IMG/VR virus record: IMGVR_UViG_3300031993_000045
Coordinates: 21,237 to 85,236 of that record
Strand: one strand, 5' to 3'
Origin: a virus
Taxonomy: Duplodnaviria > Caudoviricetes
Length of the DNA: 64,000 nt
Both the position numbers and the translations under genes were made by a program. A model generated the notes under the pieces. The model did no database searches, was not told where the DNA came from, and saw nothing but the letters and a program-made list of their open reading frames with translations. Shown one piece after another: positions 15,849 to 28,771 of the stretch (positions are counted from its first letter, which is position 1; the number at the start of each line of letters is the position of its first letter).

Positions 15849-16931
15849 ATGAACGGATTAATAAACGAACATCTTCACGGTGGCATAGTCGAGTATGTTG
15901 ATCGCCTTCTTGATGAAAAGATTGTAATGCTTAAGAAGGAGTTAGAACAACATCTGCAAGACGATAGTGCACACGTCACCGAGGAAGAAAAAGAAAAATG
16001 GAATGAAAGAGACAATTCCTCTTCTAGTTCGTCTGATTCATCTGACGATGCTACATCAAGTACCGTAATTCCATCCAAGATTTCGGAATTAGAGAACGAT
16101 GTTGATTACCTCACAAGAGAAGATCTGAGTATGTATGCTACAGAGGAAGAGGTAAGATCGTGGTTGGACGGGTACGAGATGAAGAGTGATATGTACTCAG
16201 GTGAAGGATCTGGTTCAGAAGGCTCATCTGATGACGATGATGACGAGTATACAGATGAAGTCATAATCGACAAGTTTAGAGTAGATCCATCAAAGACCCC
16301 TCTTACCGGAGTAAAAAGTATATACTTACACTACGACCGCCAAGACGGAAAACTTTCAATCAAACCATTTACTGCACAGACAGCATCTCTTTCTGTATCA
16401 CCAGCATCTGCTGAATATGGTACTACTGTCAACGTAATGCTTACAGCCGCTTACAAGATGGACGAGATGACACAGGTTACTGTCACAGGTGGTAATCTTG
16501 GAACGAAGAAGATTATTCAGACATTAACCGATACAATTAGCGGTATTACTGATACTGTATCATATACACTTAATTACACACCAAAAGAAGACGAGGCTGG
16601 TAAAGATACAAAGAGTATTCTCGTTTCAAAGAAGATGTATATTTGGTATTCAAACGGGTCTACACAAGATTCAATTCCAAGCAATGCTTCTTCTTCATTA
16701 TACACAGGTAAACCTGGCTCTATTACATTTGACGCGCCTAATGGGCAGTATGCATATATTGCATTTCCTAATTCATGGAACGTTAATCCTGCTACATTTA
16801 AAGTGGGTGGATTTAGCTTCGGTTACATCTCTGTAAAGAATAACGCAAACGGCCCTTACGGTCTTACAGGTGATTATACTATAATAAGATCAGCTCAAAC
16901 TGGTCTTGGTAAAACAACTATAAACACTTAA
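15849..16931 (+). CDS. virion fibre/collar-associated protein (360 aa)
   Basis: HLQDDSAHVTEEEKEKWN fibre motif, Ser/Asp-rich linkers, beta-rich C-terminal domain. Confidence 0.6.
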   Translation: MNGLINEHLHGGIVEYVDRLLDEKIVMLKKELEQHLQDDSAHVTEEEKEKWNERDNSSSSSSDSSDDATSSTVIPSKISELENDVDYLTREDLSMYATEEEVRSWLDGYEMKSDMYSGEGSGSEGSSDDDDDEYTDEVIIDKFRVDPSKTPLTGVKSIYLHYDRQDGKLSIKPFTAQTASLSVSPASAEYGTTVNVMLTAAYKMDEMTQVTVTGGNLGTKKIIQTLTDTISGITDTVSYTLNYTPKEDEAGKDTKSILVSKKMYIWYSNGSTQDSIPSNASSSLYTGKPGSITFDAPNGQYAYIAFPNSWNVNPATFKVGGFSFGYISVKNNANGPYGLTGDYTIIRSAQTGLGKTTINT

Positions 16932-16933
16932 TC

Positions 16934-19900
16934 ATGGCACATAATTGGAAAACTACTAAAGAAGGTGGTGTAGGTCTTACCAGTAAAATCGTACAGAGTG
17001 GTTCTGGTACATTCCCACTTATGTACGCAAAAGACCTTGACTGGGCTGGTGTTAACGTAGATGACGACACAGTATTAAATACCACAGACGATCTTCTTGA
17101 TTATATCTCTGGTGTAAGCAAGAAAGCAGTACACGAAGAAGTTTCTATTACAACTTATAAGATATACGATGCTGCTACCAATGCTTCATTTGAAACAGTA
17201 CAATACAACAAATATTAGCCGATCACTCTCAACATTGTACGTGCTATAAACGGCGGCGAGTCTAATCTGTCAATCGGTGAACAGTTTGACGATCACAAGA
17301 AACAGCTTCTTGATTTCAATGGTAATCTTCTTAGCGAAATTTATCTTGAAGACAAAGACAACATTGTTGATGAGAATGACAAGATAAAAGCTGGTCTTTC
17401 AGCAGGTATTAAAACAATCTCTATTAAGTCGACAGATGGCGATTATGTTCTCGCTTCTTTCGTACTTACTATTATCCCACAGGTGGATAAAGCATATATG
17501 TTCGACTTCTATACAGCTACTACAACAGAAGACGCTCCCGCTAAGCCGGAAAATGCTAAGAAGAAGAATGGCGTATGGACAAAGCCTACAGGCTGGAAGT
17601 TCATGGAAGAGATGACAGAGGAGATTGCTGATAAGAACAAGTTTATATGGATGTCCAATGTTCTTATGGAAGGATCAGACGATGATATGCATCAGAAATC
17701 TGCTACAGATCCTGTTCGTTTTATAAGAGAGATTGACATCATCAACGACTACAAAGAAACAACATCTTTTGCAGCTACTATATTCCGTGCAGCTAAGAAG
17801 GGTACAACTCCTTCATGGGCAGGTACAGCTCCTACAGGCGGCAGTTTTAACTACACTACAAAAACATTGACACCTCCTACAGATTGGAAGAAGTCAATGA
17901 GTGAAGCGGTTACTGCTTACGGTGGTAGTGATTGTGAGGTATATGTATCTTACAACAACTATGTTGCGTACAAAGAATCTAATGGTACTTATACAGAATC
18001 ACATCAGACTGGATGGACAACTCCTATAAAATATTTTGACATAGATAATATTATAAAGGAGGCAAAAGAGGCAGGTAGAGTTTCTGCTGATGCAGCAATC
18101 GCTAGAGCTACAGATGATTTGTAGAACGCTAAACAACTTCTCGAAGAGTCAAGCGAACAGTGTGCAGCTATCATTGATCAGTTGAACTCTGATTATTCTT
18201 GGACTCTTCTTAGTGATACTACCGTAAACAATCCTAAGTACACTCTCATACAAACATCTGATCCACTATATGCTGCGTTCGGAGCTGTCGGTGGTACGTT
18301 ATCAATAGCATCTGAAGAGGATTTCAACGACAACGCAAGTCTCACTACAGACGCATATAAAGATAAATATGTACTTGTAAATAGTTTTGCAGCCGGAACA
18401 CCTGCTGCTAGAACTGATTGCTACGTTGGATATGTTCCTACTAGTATGAGCCTCATCACTCAACTTGCTAGCATGGACGAGAAGGTACAAGAACTCAAGA
18501 CTACTGTGGACGAGAAAACAGATGAATATATAAGACTTCAGGCATCTAAGGGTTTCTTGAACAATGTAACATGGACTCCTGTTGAGCAATCTGTTTATAA
18601 TATTGCAAACAGCAGTATTCGTCACAATGTAAGTTCATTACCTGTATCAGGATATACATACGGTCATTACTATCATCTGACTACTTCTGACACATACTAT
18701 CGTTGTGACTATCCTATTTCTACAGGATTCTTAAATATTCTTTCTGATAATGTCAACCTCGGCGTTGCTCAAACACTTGACGGAAATACCATCTCTTCAC
18801 AGATTACTTTAAGCGTTGACGGTGGTCAGAGCCAAGCAGTAGTTGATGCTGATACTATTGTTCTTACTGGTACAACCATTGCAGCAGCTATTGCAGCAGG
18901 AGAACTTAATGTAGCAAATAAGTGTTATATCAAACCAACAGGTCAGGTTCTTCTTGCACAGGGTACAAGCGGTGCATGTTCATTCAATACAGACGGTTCG
19001 TTGTCTCTTGCAGGTGGTCAGATCCAATATGCTAAGAACTCTGATAACGTTTATGAACTCTCTGTAAGTGGTACAATTAACGCACAAGGTGGTAGGATCG
19101 GTACAGGAAGTGATTATTGGGTCATTAGTGGAAACAAAATGATCGGTAAGAAATCTAATAACGATCAAATACAATTATCCCCAACATACGTAGGATGTCT
19201 TTCTAACGGCGGAACAAGATGGGGATGGCGTTTAGATAGAAGTGGCGGCGGTCTATTAGCCAACGGCAATATAACATGGAGTGGAAATGGAGAATGTAAA
19301 ATTGGTACTAACGATTCTTATATTGATGTAAGCTCACAGGGTGTTACACTTCACGGTGCTGGCGGCGAAATTGCATTAAGCAATGAGAGTATTACAAGCA
19401 TTAGTACAAATGAGACGATTATTAATTCTCTTAATACGTCAATAGTAGGTACTTTAAACACAAAGGATCTTACTGTTGGTGGTACAAGTAGATTTAATGC
19501 TAATGGTAGTGGTCAGGTAGCCGGTGGCAATATCAGATGGGACGAAGCTGGCAATACTAAATTTGTAGGCGATGTAGAGGCTACTAACTTTAAGACCGTA
19601 AGCACAAACGGAGCTACAGCACTCGAAATAACAACTGTTGGTAAAGCAAATCTCGGTAGTGAAGCTCTTGAACAAGCTGGTCTTACAGATTACAACTCGT
19701 TCACACCTATCATGATTATTCACGATAGAAATGCTGAGGGCGAAGAGGTTGGTAAATACATCGTTTCGTTGACAAAAATTGGCGGCGTTTCTTCAGAAAA
19801 AGAGACTAATTACATTCTAAGTAATGTTTCTTCTAATCCTAAATATAAGGACTTTAAAGAAAACAGACCTGGAACAGAATCTGTACAACGTACAGTATAT

Positions 19901-20434
19901 AAGACAAATGGTGTAGTGACATCTACGGAAGTTAAACCTACTGGAATTTTCTACAAGAGAGGTAACAACTATTCAGTTCTTGTAAGCTGTACAAACAACA
20001 GTTATTATTTTGTAATGAGTGAAGCTATCGAAATTTTCCGTTACGAGGTATTCGAAGACGGTACAGTTTCAACCACACATACGTTTATGGTCAAGGGAGC
20101 TTCATACGATCCTACACACAACAGCTATACTGACTCTAGTTGGTTTATCCCTAAGTTGGATATCAATGGAGATTTTGTTTGGGATACAGATACCGCTGGA
20201 AGATATGTAGCAGTAGGTAATCCTTATTACAACGATAATACAGCATATGCTAAATTCGACATGAAGTTGACTAGCGGAACTAAGGCTCTCGGATGGCAGT
20301 CTCAGTCTGTTATCAGCTTGTATGACGGAATCAATGTACATGCATCAGATCCTAAACAGGCTGCATTCACAAGTCTGGATTATAGTCTGAACTGGTATAA
20401 CGGAAGTGGAAGTGGTCCTTGGACTAACGCCTAA
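16934..20434 (+). CDS. tail fibre-like protein (1166 aa, 2 TAG=Gln)
   Basis: track ORFs 16934, 17483 and 18182 share one frame, broken only by TAG at 17216 and 18122; Gly-rich repeats GGGLLANGNITW / GSGQVAGGNIRW. Confidence 0.8.
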
Positions 20435-20452
20435 CATCACTTATTAATCACA

Positions 20453-20971
20453 ATGTTTGATATTAAAGGAAGTAAGATATTACTAAATACAGACGACTTG
20501 GCTATACCTCCTTTTAAAGATCATTACAACAATGCTAAAGATAAATCTCAAGCATTGAAGGAAATAGAATATGTAATATGGTTATACAAATGGAACACAC
20601 CGTATGAAGCATATTCTGAAAAAGAGAGAGCTCAGAGGGTAGCTTTGGATGTATTTAAGGACGAGAAATACACCCCTACTGCAGAGGTGAAAGAATTAGC
20701 AAAGAGATTTGTTGAGTTCTAGGAAACACCTGGAACTCGACTACTCACTGCTTCAAGAGCTGCAGCGGAGGGTTTGACAGATGCTCTTACAGAATATTCG
20801 GCAGGAGCTATGGATATAGATGTGGCGCTCAAGGTGTCACGTATCTTGAAAGATGTCGGAAACATTGTCAAGTCTTTAGATATGACAATGAAACAAGCAA
20901 GAGCAGAACAAATAGAAACTGGTAGAGTAAAGGGCGGCGGACAGATCGGTCTTTACGAAATACCAAAGTAA
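20453..20971 (+). CDS. protein upstream of terminase (172 aa, 1 TAG), possibly small-terminase-like
   Basis: two same-frame ORFs joined across TAG 20720; function guessed from position only. Confidence 0.65.
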
Positions 20972-20979
20972 TAAACATT

Positions 20980-21026
20980 GGCGCATGTATACGGCTATGT
21001 AGGTTCGACTCCTACCTTGCGCCCCA
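20980..21026 (+). ncRNA. 47-nt tRNA-like minihelix (acceptor stem + T-arm, 3' CCA)
   Basis: GGCGCA...GTAGG-TTCGACT-CCTAC-CT-TGCGCC-CCA in an intergenic gap. Confidence 0.5.
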
Positions 21027-21191
21027 GACTGGCCGGTCTTTTTCGTGATAACTAATTTTATTTTTAACTCTTTGAAAATATAAAAGCATATGAACGATAA
21101 AGAAGGTATTAACATTCTGCCTGTAGTTGGTGGAAATGGCACAGATTCTGCAACAGCGATGGCTATGATGAACAACAATAAATTAATAGTT

Positions 21192-21428
21192 ATGGCAGAT
21201 AAAGATTATTTCGGAAAGGATAAGTTATACCACTTCTCAGCATGCTTAGGAATAGCAGTTTTCGAAACCGAAGCTGCTATTGCTGCTGCTCTTGCAAAAG
21301 AGTATGGAGATAGCAAAGATAATGATAATCATTGGTGCTGGTGGGACGTTACCGCGGATATACTCGGCATAATAGTCGGTACTGGTATCAGATTACTTAT
21401 CACTGGCGGTAAGTGGCACTGGTATTAA
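21192..21428 (+). CDS. YfiM/DUF2279-like membrane protein
   Basis: KDKLYHF...AKEYGD...WDVTADILG pattern; frame is open back to ATG 21090. Confidence 0.55.
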   Translation: MADKDYFGKDKLYHFSACLGIAVFETEAAIAAALAKEYGDSKDNDNHWCWWDVTADILGIIVGTGIRLLITGGKWHWY

Positions 21429-21432
21429 TATT

Positions 21433-23490
21433 ATGGTAGATTTTAACAAAAAGATTAAGAACTCTGATAAGTTCAGACAAAGCGCCATCTTTTTTCAAGA
21501 ACATGGATGCTACACTCTTGCTCCCGTTGGAACTACCGATTATACACAATTTTGGGATCAAGAGACAGAAAGATGTTTACATGGTTATGTCGCTCCCGAT
21601 GGAGACGAGATAACTGGATATCACTACTTTTACCTGAATTATTCCCCCATCATGAAACTTGATGAGGTTGAGTATACGGACAAGCACGGAAACAAGAGAA
21701 AGCGAAGAGAGCGTATCTTAGGATTCCCTAGATTTTACGATTATGATTACTACTACTTTAATGCAATAGAAGAAGCAGAAGATGCCGGAAAGCATATGGC
21801 AGTGCTTAAAGCCCGTCAACGTGGATACTCCTTTAAGGGAGCTTCTATGTTGGTACGGAATTACGAGCTCATTCCAGGCTCCAAGAATTTTGCAGTTGCT
21901 TCCGAGCAGAAGTTCCTCATTGGCGATGGTCTGCTCACAAAAGCCTGGCAGATTATGGACTTTTGCGACAAACATACAGCCTGGGCTAAGCAAAGGCTTA
22001 CTTCCACACGTATGGAGAGAGTTAGTGGACTTAAAGTCACGGATGAATTTGGTAAATCCACTGAACAGGGATATTTATCTTCTATTACAGGAATCACTCT
22101 CAAAAACGACCCAGAAAGAATCAGAGGTACCCGTGGAAAGTTAGTACTATGGGAAGAGGGTGGTAAGTTTCCTAACCTGCTCACGGCGTGGCGAGTAGAA
22201 CAGCCGGCCGTTGAAACTGACGACGGCGTAGCTTTTGGTCTTATGGTAGCTTTTGGCACCGGCGGAACGGAAGGCGGTTAGTTCGATGGACTTAAAGAAT
22301 TGTTTTATAAGCCGGACGCTTTTAACGTCTTAAGCTTTCCTAATATATGGGATGACAATGCAGAAGAAACTAAATGCGGATTCTTCGTACCGTCTTGGAG
22401 TAACATGGATGCAATTGACGAGAACGGGCAATTCAGATTCATGGACAAAGACGGCAATACGTTTAAGGACCTTGCGATAAAAGAACTAATAAATCAGAGA
22501 AATATAATTAAAGATGGTGGAGCTACACAGCAGTCTATAGACCGCTTCATATCAGAGCGTCCACTTAAACCACAAGAAGCTGTACTCGAACTTGGTAAGA
22601 ATATTTTCCCACGTAAATTACTAATGGATTAGCTTACTAGAATACGAACTAACAAAAAGCTCCAGAGTATGAAGCACATTGTAGACTTAACATGGGAGAA
22701 CGGTAGAGTAACAGCACACGAAAAGAAAAGTGGTGATATTACTTCGTATCATCTAAAGAAGGATGATAAACCAGACGGATCAGTAGTAATATGGGAGTAT
22801 CCAGTGACAGACCCTCCATACGGTTTGTATATAGCTGGCTGTGACCCATATGACCATGATGAGAGTTTTACTAACTCATTAGGATCCACCTTTATATTTA
22901 AACGCGTACTTGCTGGAGAAGCTTGGAACGACGTAATTGTAGCTGAGTATTCTGGTAGACCGGCTACTGCAGAAGAGTACTATGAAAACGTAAGAAAGTT
23001 ATTAACGTTCTATAATGCAAGACTACTCTTCGAGAATGAGCGTAAAGGAATTTACCCTTATTTCACTAATAAACACTGTGATTATTTATTGGCAGACCAG
23101 CCTGACAAGATCATTACTGAAATATTCAAAGACAGTAAGGTGTAGAGGCGTAAAGGCTGCCATATGACCAAACAGATACGAGCATATGGAGAAGGATTGA
23201 TTCTGGAGTGGCTGATGGAAGAATATGAAGAAGGTCACATGAACATTGAGAGGGTTTACAGTGAACCTCTCATTGAGGAATTGATTGAGAACGATGGTGT
23301 AAAGAACGTCGATAGATTGATCGCACTGTGTATGGTCATGTTATATAGAGAAGAGCTGTATTAGATAAAAACATCTGCAGCTAAAGAAAGAAACAAACAG
23401 GTTGAACTCTTTGATCTGCCGTTGTTCGGATCAGACTATTGGAAAGATGAACCACAACCAGACGAAAGTTTGCCGCTATTTTCATTTTGA
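21433..23490 (+). CDS. terL: terminase large subunit (685 aa, 4 TAG=Gln)
   Basis: Walker A region LKARQRGYS, Walker B LVLWEEGG, FGTGG, nuclease GCDPYD, FENE, C-terminal DRLIA; four same-frame fragments joined at TAG 22279, 22630, 23143, 23362; TGA stop. Confidence 0.93.
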
Positions 23491-23492
23491 AT

Positions 23493-25967
23493 ATGGTAGA
23501 AGATAATTTATATAATTCACGGTTTCCACAACAGAAATTACCTCTCTCAAAGAAGAACGAGAAGTGGCAGCATGATTGTGTAAACTACATCATAGGCGAA
23601 GGCAACATCGTCTCAGGAGGAAAAACTCGCTCAGGTCGTGGGGAACTCCAGCAATATTACGATCTGTATAATAGTATCTTCGACGAGAAAGACTTCAAGA
23701 AAATTACTAATCCGTTCAAAGTACAAGACGGATTTCCTGCTACACCACAGGATTTTAACATCATTAGACCAAAGGTAGACTTACTTATAGGAGAGGAAAC
23801 AAAAAGGCCTTTGAACTTTAGAGTAGTTCGTACCTCTCAAGAGTCAGCTTCCGACCTTATGGAGACACAGAAACAAATGGTGCTCAATTATGTACAAGCA
23901 GCTATTACAGCCAAGATGAGCCCAGAGGAAGCAGAGCAATTCCAACAGCAACTCGCAGAAGGTTCTGTAATGCCACCAGAAGAGATTGCAAAATACATGG
24001 ATAAAGATTATAAGGATATAATCGAAAATACAGCTTATCATACTTTGGTATACTTGAGAGAAAAGCTTGGCATGGATAATGAGTTTGTTAAAGGTTGGAA
24101 AGACGGACTTATTGGTGGATATGAAGTATATTATGTAGGAGCACTTGGTTCTGAACCTTATATGGAACGAGTTAATCCTATAGATTTTGACTTCGACAGA
24201 AGTCCGGACCTTGAGTTTATCGAAGACGGTTCTTGGTGCTGCAGGAAGATGAAGCTTCCTATTACAGAAGTATATGACCGTTATTATGACAAACTTACAG
24301 AAAAGGATCTTAAAAAGCTTGAAGAGATGATAGGTGCTGCATCAGCAACTAACCTCGGACAAGGAGATGCTTTGGATAGAGGTATTCAATTACGTATATA
24401 CGATAATCCAAGCTTCGAAGGTCTTGCTAGTAATGCTGTAGACGTGTGGCATTGTTGCTGGAAATCTTTTAAGAAGATATTCTATGTAACAACAATGGAC
24501 GAACAGGGCTAGCCACAAGTCGACATTTTGGATGAAACGTTCACTCCGTTTGGAGATGAGATTTCAGTAGAGCAAGATTGGATCATTGAGGTATGGGAAG
24601 GCTATCGTTGTGGTGCAGATTTATACTTTGGTATTCAGCCGCTTGAGTATCAGCATGTAAGTATTGACAATCCTAATAGCCAAAAGTTGCCTTATTGTGG
24701 TGCTGTGTATAGTAACACCAACAGTAAGCCACGTTCACTTGTGAGTATTCTCAAGCCACTACAGTATATGTATATTGTATTGTGGTATAGACTTGAACTT
24801 GCCATCGCTCGTGATAAAGGTAAGGTTGTTAATATGGATATTACGCAGATACCTAAGTCCATGAATATTACACCAGAACGTTGGATGCATTACTTGTCAT
24901 CTGTAGGTGTAAACTTCATAAATCCTTACGAAGAGGGTTGGAACATTCCTTCAAGAGAAGGTGGTAAACCAGCAAGCTTCAATCAGATGACAGCACTCGA
25001 TCTTACTATGTCTAACGTTATTGCTGAGTACATTCAGCTTATGGATAAGATTGAGCAGCTTGCAGGAACGATTTCAGGTATCACACAGCAACGTGAAGGA
25101 GCTGTTAGCTCTTCTGAGCTTGTAGGTAACGTTGAGCGTTCTGTAGTACAGTCATCACATATCACAGAACCTTTGTTCTGGGTACACAACCAATGTAAGA
25201 GACGTGTGATGAACATGCTTCTCAATGTAGCTAAAGGCGTTTGGGAAGAGAGTGGTAAGAGAAAACTCAGCTATATCTTCGATAATGGAGAGAGAGCATT
25301 TATCGATATCGATCCTAAGTTCTATTATGAGGATATGGACGTATTCGTAAGTGATACATCTAAGGATGTTGAAAACATACAGAAGCTTCAACAGCTTATT
25401 CAGCCAGCTATGCAGAATGGTGCTAGCTTACTTGAAGCCGCTGAAGTTCTTACAAATGACAACTTCAACATACTTAAACAGAAGCTTAAGGATATGCAGA
25501 CTCGTCAAGAACAGTTGCAGCAACAGCAGCAACAGATTGAGGCTGAGAATCAACAGAAGCTTCAAGAAATGCAGAATCAAGCTAAGGAACAAGAACTCAT
25601 GCTTCAGGAAGCACAGATGGATCTCCAGAGATACCAGATTGATCAAGATAACGCTACAAGAATTGCAGTAGCACAAATTTCTGCTTATCGTGGTACTGAG
25701 GATAAAGATGCTGATATGAATGGTATACCCGATCCAATCGAGATCGGTAATCAAGCTCTACAGCAACAGAAGATCGACAGTGATGCTTATACAAAGCGTT
25801 ATGAGGCTAAACAGAAGCGTGAAATCGAGAACCAGAAGATTCAGCTTGAGAGAGATAAAATGAAACATGAAACCGAACTTCAGAAGCAAAAAGACGATGC
25901 TGCTCTCGAAAGAGAGAAAGTAAAAGCTCGTGCCGCACTGAAGAACAAAACCGCTGGTGAAAAATAA
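23493..25967 (+). CDS. portal protein (824 aa, 1 TAG=Gln)
   Basis: directly follows terL; FNIIRPKVDLLIGEE motif, long Gln-rich coiled-coil C-terminus; fragments joined at TAG 24510. Confidence 0.88.
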
Positions 25968-28534
25968 TGGGAAGAGGAAGAGGCAAAATAATAAGGCCTA
26001 CTCATACAGCCGAGCGAATTGCTTGGAAAAAAACCAGTAAGAATGCTAAGACTTTCGATAACATTGTATCCAAGCTAAGAAAGGCTGGATACAATGATTA
26101 CGAAGTTGCCGGTATCATTGGTAATTTCATACAAGAGTCAGGCTATAACTTTAACATGTTTACACCAGGAAGAAAAGGTTTTGCTCATATGGATGCAGCT
26201 CTTTATGATAAAATGAAGAGCATGTATAAAGATGAGCTTGATTATTACATAGACTGGGGTAGCGGTAAAGTAAATAAAAAATATAAAGACGATCTTGGTT
26301 ATAAACAAGGTGTGTTTAAACCAGGTACATACAACGACATAGAGTCTGCTACTAATCAATTTTTATCTCAGTTCGAGAGACCTATTATAAAGGATGCTAA
26401 AGGAAATGTGATAGGGTATCAAAATAGTAAAGAAAGGCTTGCTTTTGCTAAAGATGTATATAACTAGTTGTTGTACGATCATATCGACAATAGTTATAAT
26501 ACTGTATTAAAGCAGCGTATAGAGGAGATGAAAACAGAGCCTACGGATGCTATTCCTTCTAGGCCTAATATATAGATGCCTATAATGGCTTATGATGATC
26601 CTAATATACCTAATACAATAGAAGCAACCGGAGCTCTTCCTAAGAAGAGAATATTGATACCAAAACCAGAAGTTCCTGATCTCACGCAGCCTTTAACACC
26701 GCCTCCGTTTGAACCAGAAAAGCCTATTGGCACAGAAGGATTTGATGAAGGTAAATCTCCTAACAAGTATACTGCAAAAAAGGGAGATAGCCTTTGGAGA
26801 ATATCTAGAAGATACACTGGACGAGGTGCTAGGTATAAAGAATTGTTGCAAGTCAACGACATTAAAAATCCTAACTTCATAAGAATTGGACAGGATATTG
26901 TCATCCCAGAAGCATGGCTGAAACCTGTTAAGAAGGAAAAAGAGCAGGAACAGAAACAGCTCCAAAAAGAAGCATCGGCTATAAATAAGATTGAAAAGCC
27001 AACCATCGATAATAAAGGCAAAGGCTCTGTTAAATACAATAAGGATTCTGATAGTTATCAGGTGGTTACTGACGATGGTCTGAATGCCTATAATATAAAT
27101 AGGAGCGCTTTGGATACTAAACAGGTCGATGTAGAACTTCCTGAACTGGTAGTTACCGGAAACAAAAACAAGGTAAAAGCCAGAGAAGAAGTTCCTGATA
27201 GCATTGCAAGACCTTAGCGTGGAATACAACCTCCTGTTTTTAAAAAGAAATCGGAATACACTCCTGAACCTACTGTCGACAACGCCGATGCGTATTAGTA
27301 TCAAATGTACAACCAACCAGAAGGCATACCTGTTCTTGACTATAACACTAATTCCACAATGTCTAGATCGTGGAACAAACCTACTAAACCAAATGCCGGA
27401 GTAAGTCCTTATGAGGTTGGACACCAATAGCGTCCAGCATCAGCGTCGTATGGTAAGGGCGAACCTGGAAGATACTATCTCGACGAACAAGCGTTTCAAG
27501 ATGCGCTCGGAGAAGATTTGGGAAGCGGATTACACGCAATACTTAGTGGAGATTTTGATAAGGCAAGTCAGATGGCAAGGACTGCATATGCGAGGAAGAT
27601 GGATAATGCTGAAGAAAAAGCATCCAAAACTTTGGATTACGGTCAAGTTACTCCTGCAAAAAAGATTAACAAACCTGTTGTTAAAAAAGAGAAGCCTGTC
27701 GAACCTGAAGTTATTAACGAATCTATCAGAGACATTAACAAAGAGAGCGATACCGAATACAAATGGAAGAACGACGTCGGCGTTGTCGATCATACTAAGA
27801 ACAAGTTCTATAAAAAACGTTCTATCAGAATTACTGATGACATGAAGTTTGGAACTAGAGCTAGAGGAGAATACAACGATCTTCCTTCTAATGATGCAAT
27901 GATCGCTCTTCTTGACAACGACGGAGAAAAAGGATAGAACAAACATAAGTTTTATTCTTATGATGAAGTTATCAAAAAGGGTATTCCTAATTGGGGTAAG
28001 TATATGAACCAAAAGGAATTTATCGGTGTAGGTCAAGATGGCACTTTGAAACTTGGAGATATTTCTAAGTTTAAGAAAGGTGACAAGATGAAGGTTATAA
28101 GTTATATAGATGTAGGCGACATCCCTAAGGATAAAAATGGCAACTACATTTATAAGACTGCTGTCGGAAACGCAAGTAGATCTAGTTTGCAAGTAACGAG
28201 TGACGGCAAGGTCGCAGGGTTGCTTACTGCAAGAAGGTCTAGTACTGGTGGTAAAGCTAACGGTAGTTATTATAACAACATTGCCGGAGGAACAATGCTT
28301 CTCAAGTGTGGATCTGAAACAAGACTTGTCAGTGGAAGTATTGACGACATCATCGCTACGCACAACATTATGAGACAGAATCATAAAGGTAAGACAGTAA
28401 GATGGTACAACGTTGATAACGGTTCTTATAACAGAGGTCTTAGAACCAAAGTAGGAAACATTAAAGCTAAAGATCTGGAAGACTACGATGGTCAGAATAC
28501 CGGTGGTGGTAATTTCATTTATAGAAGAAATTAA
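25967..28534 (+). CDS. multidomain muralytic protein: phage tail lysozyme-like + LysM + unknown C-terminal domain (855 aa, 6 TAG=Gln)
   Basis: AGIIGNFIQESG...FERP (Phage_lysozyme2-type), LysM KYTAKKGDSLWRIS...IGQDIVIP at about 26765-26908; four track ORFs in one frame. Confidence 0.75.
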
Positions 28535-28539
28535 CAACT

Positions 28540-28704
28540 ATGGACAGCCCTGTAAGAAAAATGCAAAAGCGAAATGACTATAACCGTCATAGGCTTTTGA
28601 GGAAGATCAAGAGACAACGTAAAGCTTAGGTGAAACAGTAGATGGTGTCTGCGGAAAAAGAACTCAAGCGTAGATTAAGAGTCACACCACCTAGGTTAAA
28701 ATAA
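28540..28704 (+). CDS. small Arg/Lys-rich protein (54 aa, 2 TAG=Gln)
   Basis: MDSPVRKMQKRNDYNRHRLLRKIKRQRKAQVKQQMVSAEKELKRRLRVTPPRLK; starts 5 nt after the previous stop. Confidence 0.6.
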
Positions 28705-28771
28705 TCACAATTTGAAATAACGAGCTACACGTAATGTAGCGTAAAGAATTAACTAATTATATTTTATAATT

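Noticed and set aside
4519-28740. Recurrent CGTAA-loop hairpins (about 4520 minus, 15230, 15840, 28725) as a late promoter motif
   Set aside because: Flanks are not conserved and a 5-nt motif is expected by chance in AT-rich DNA
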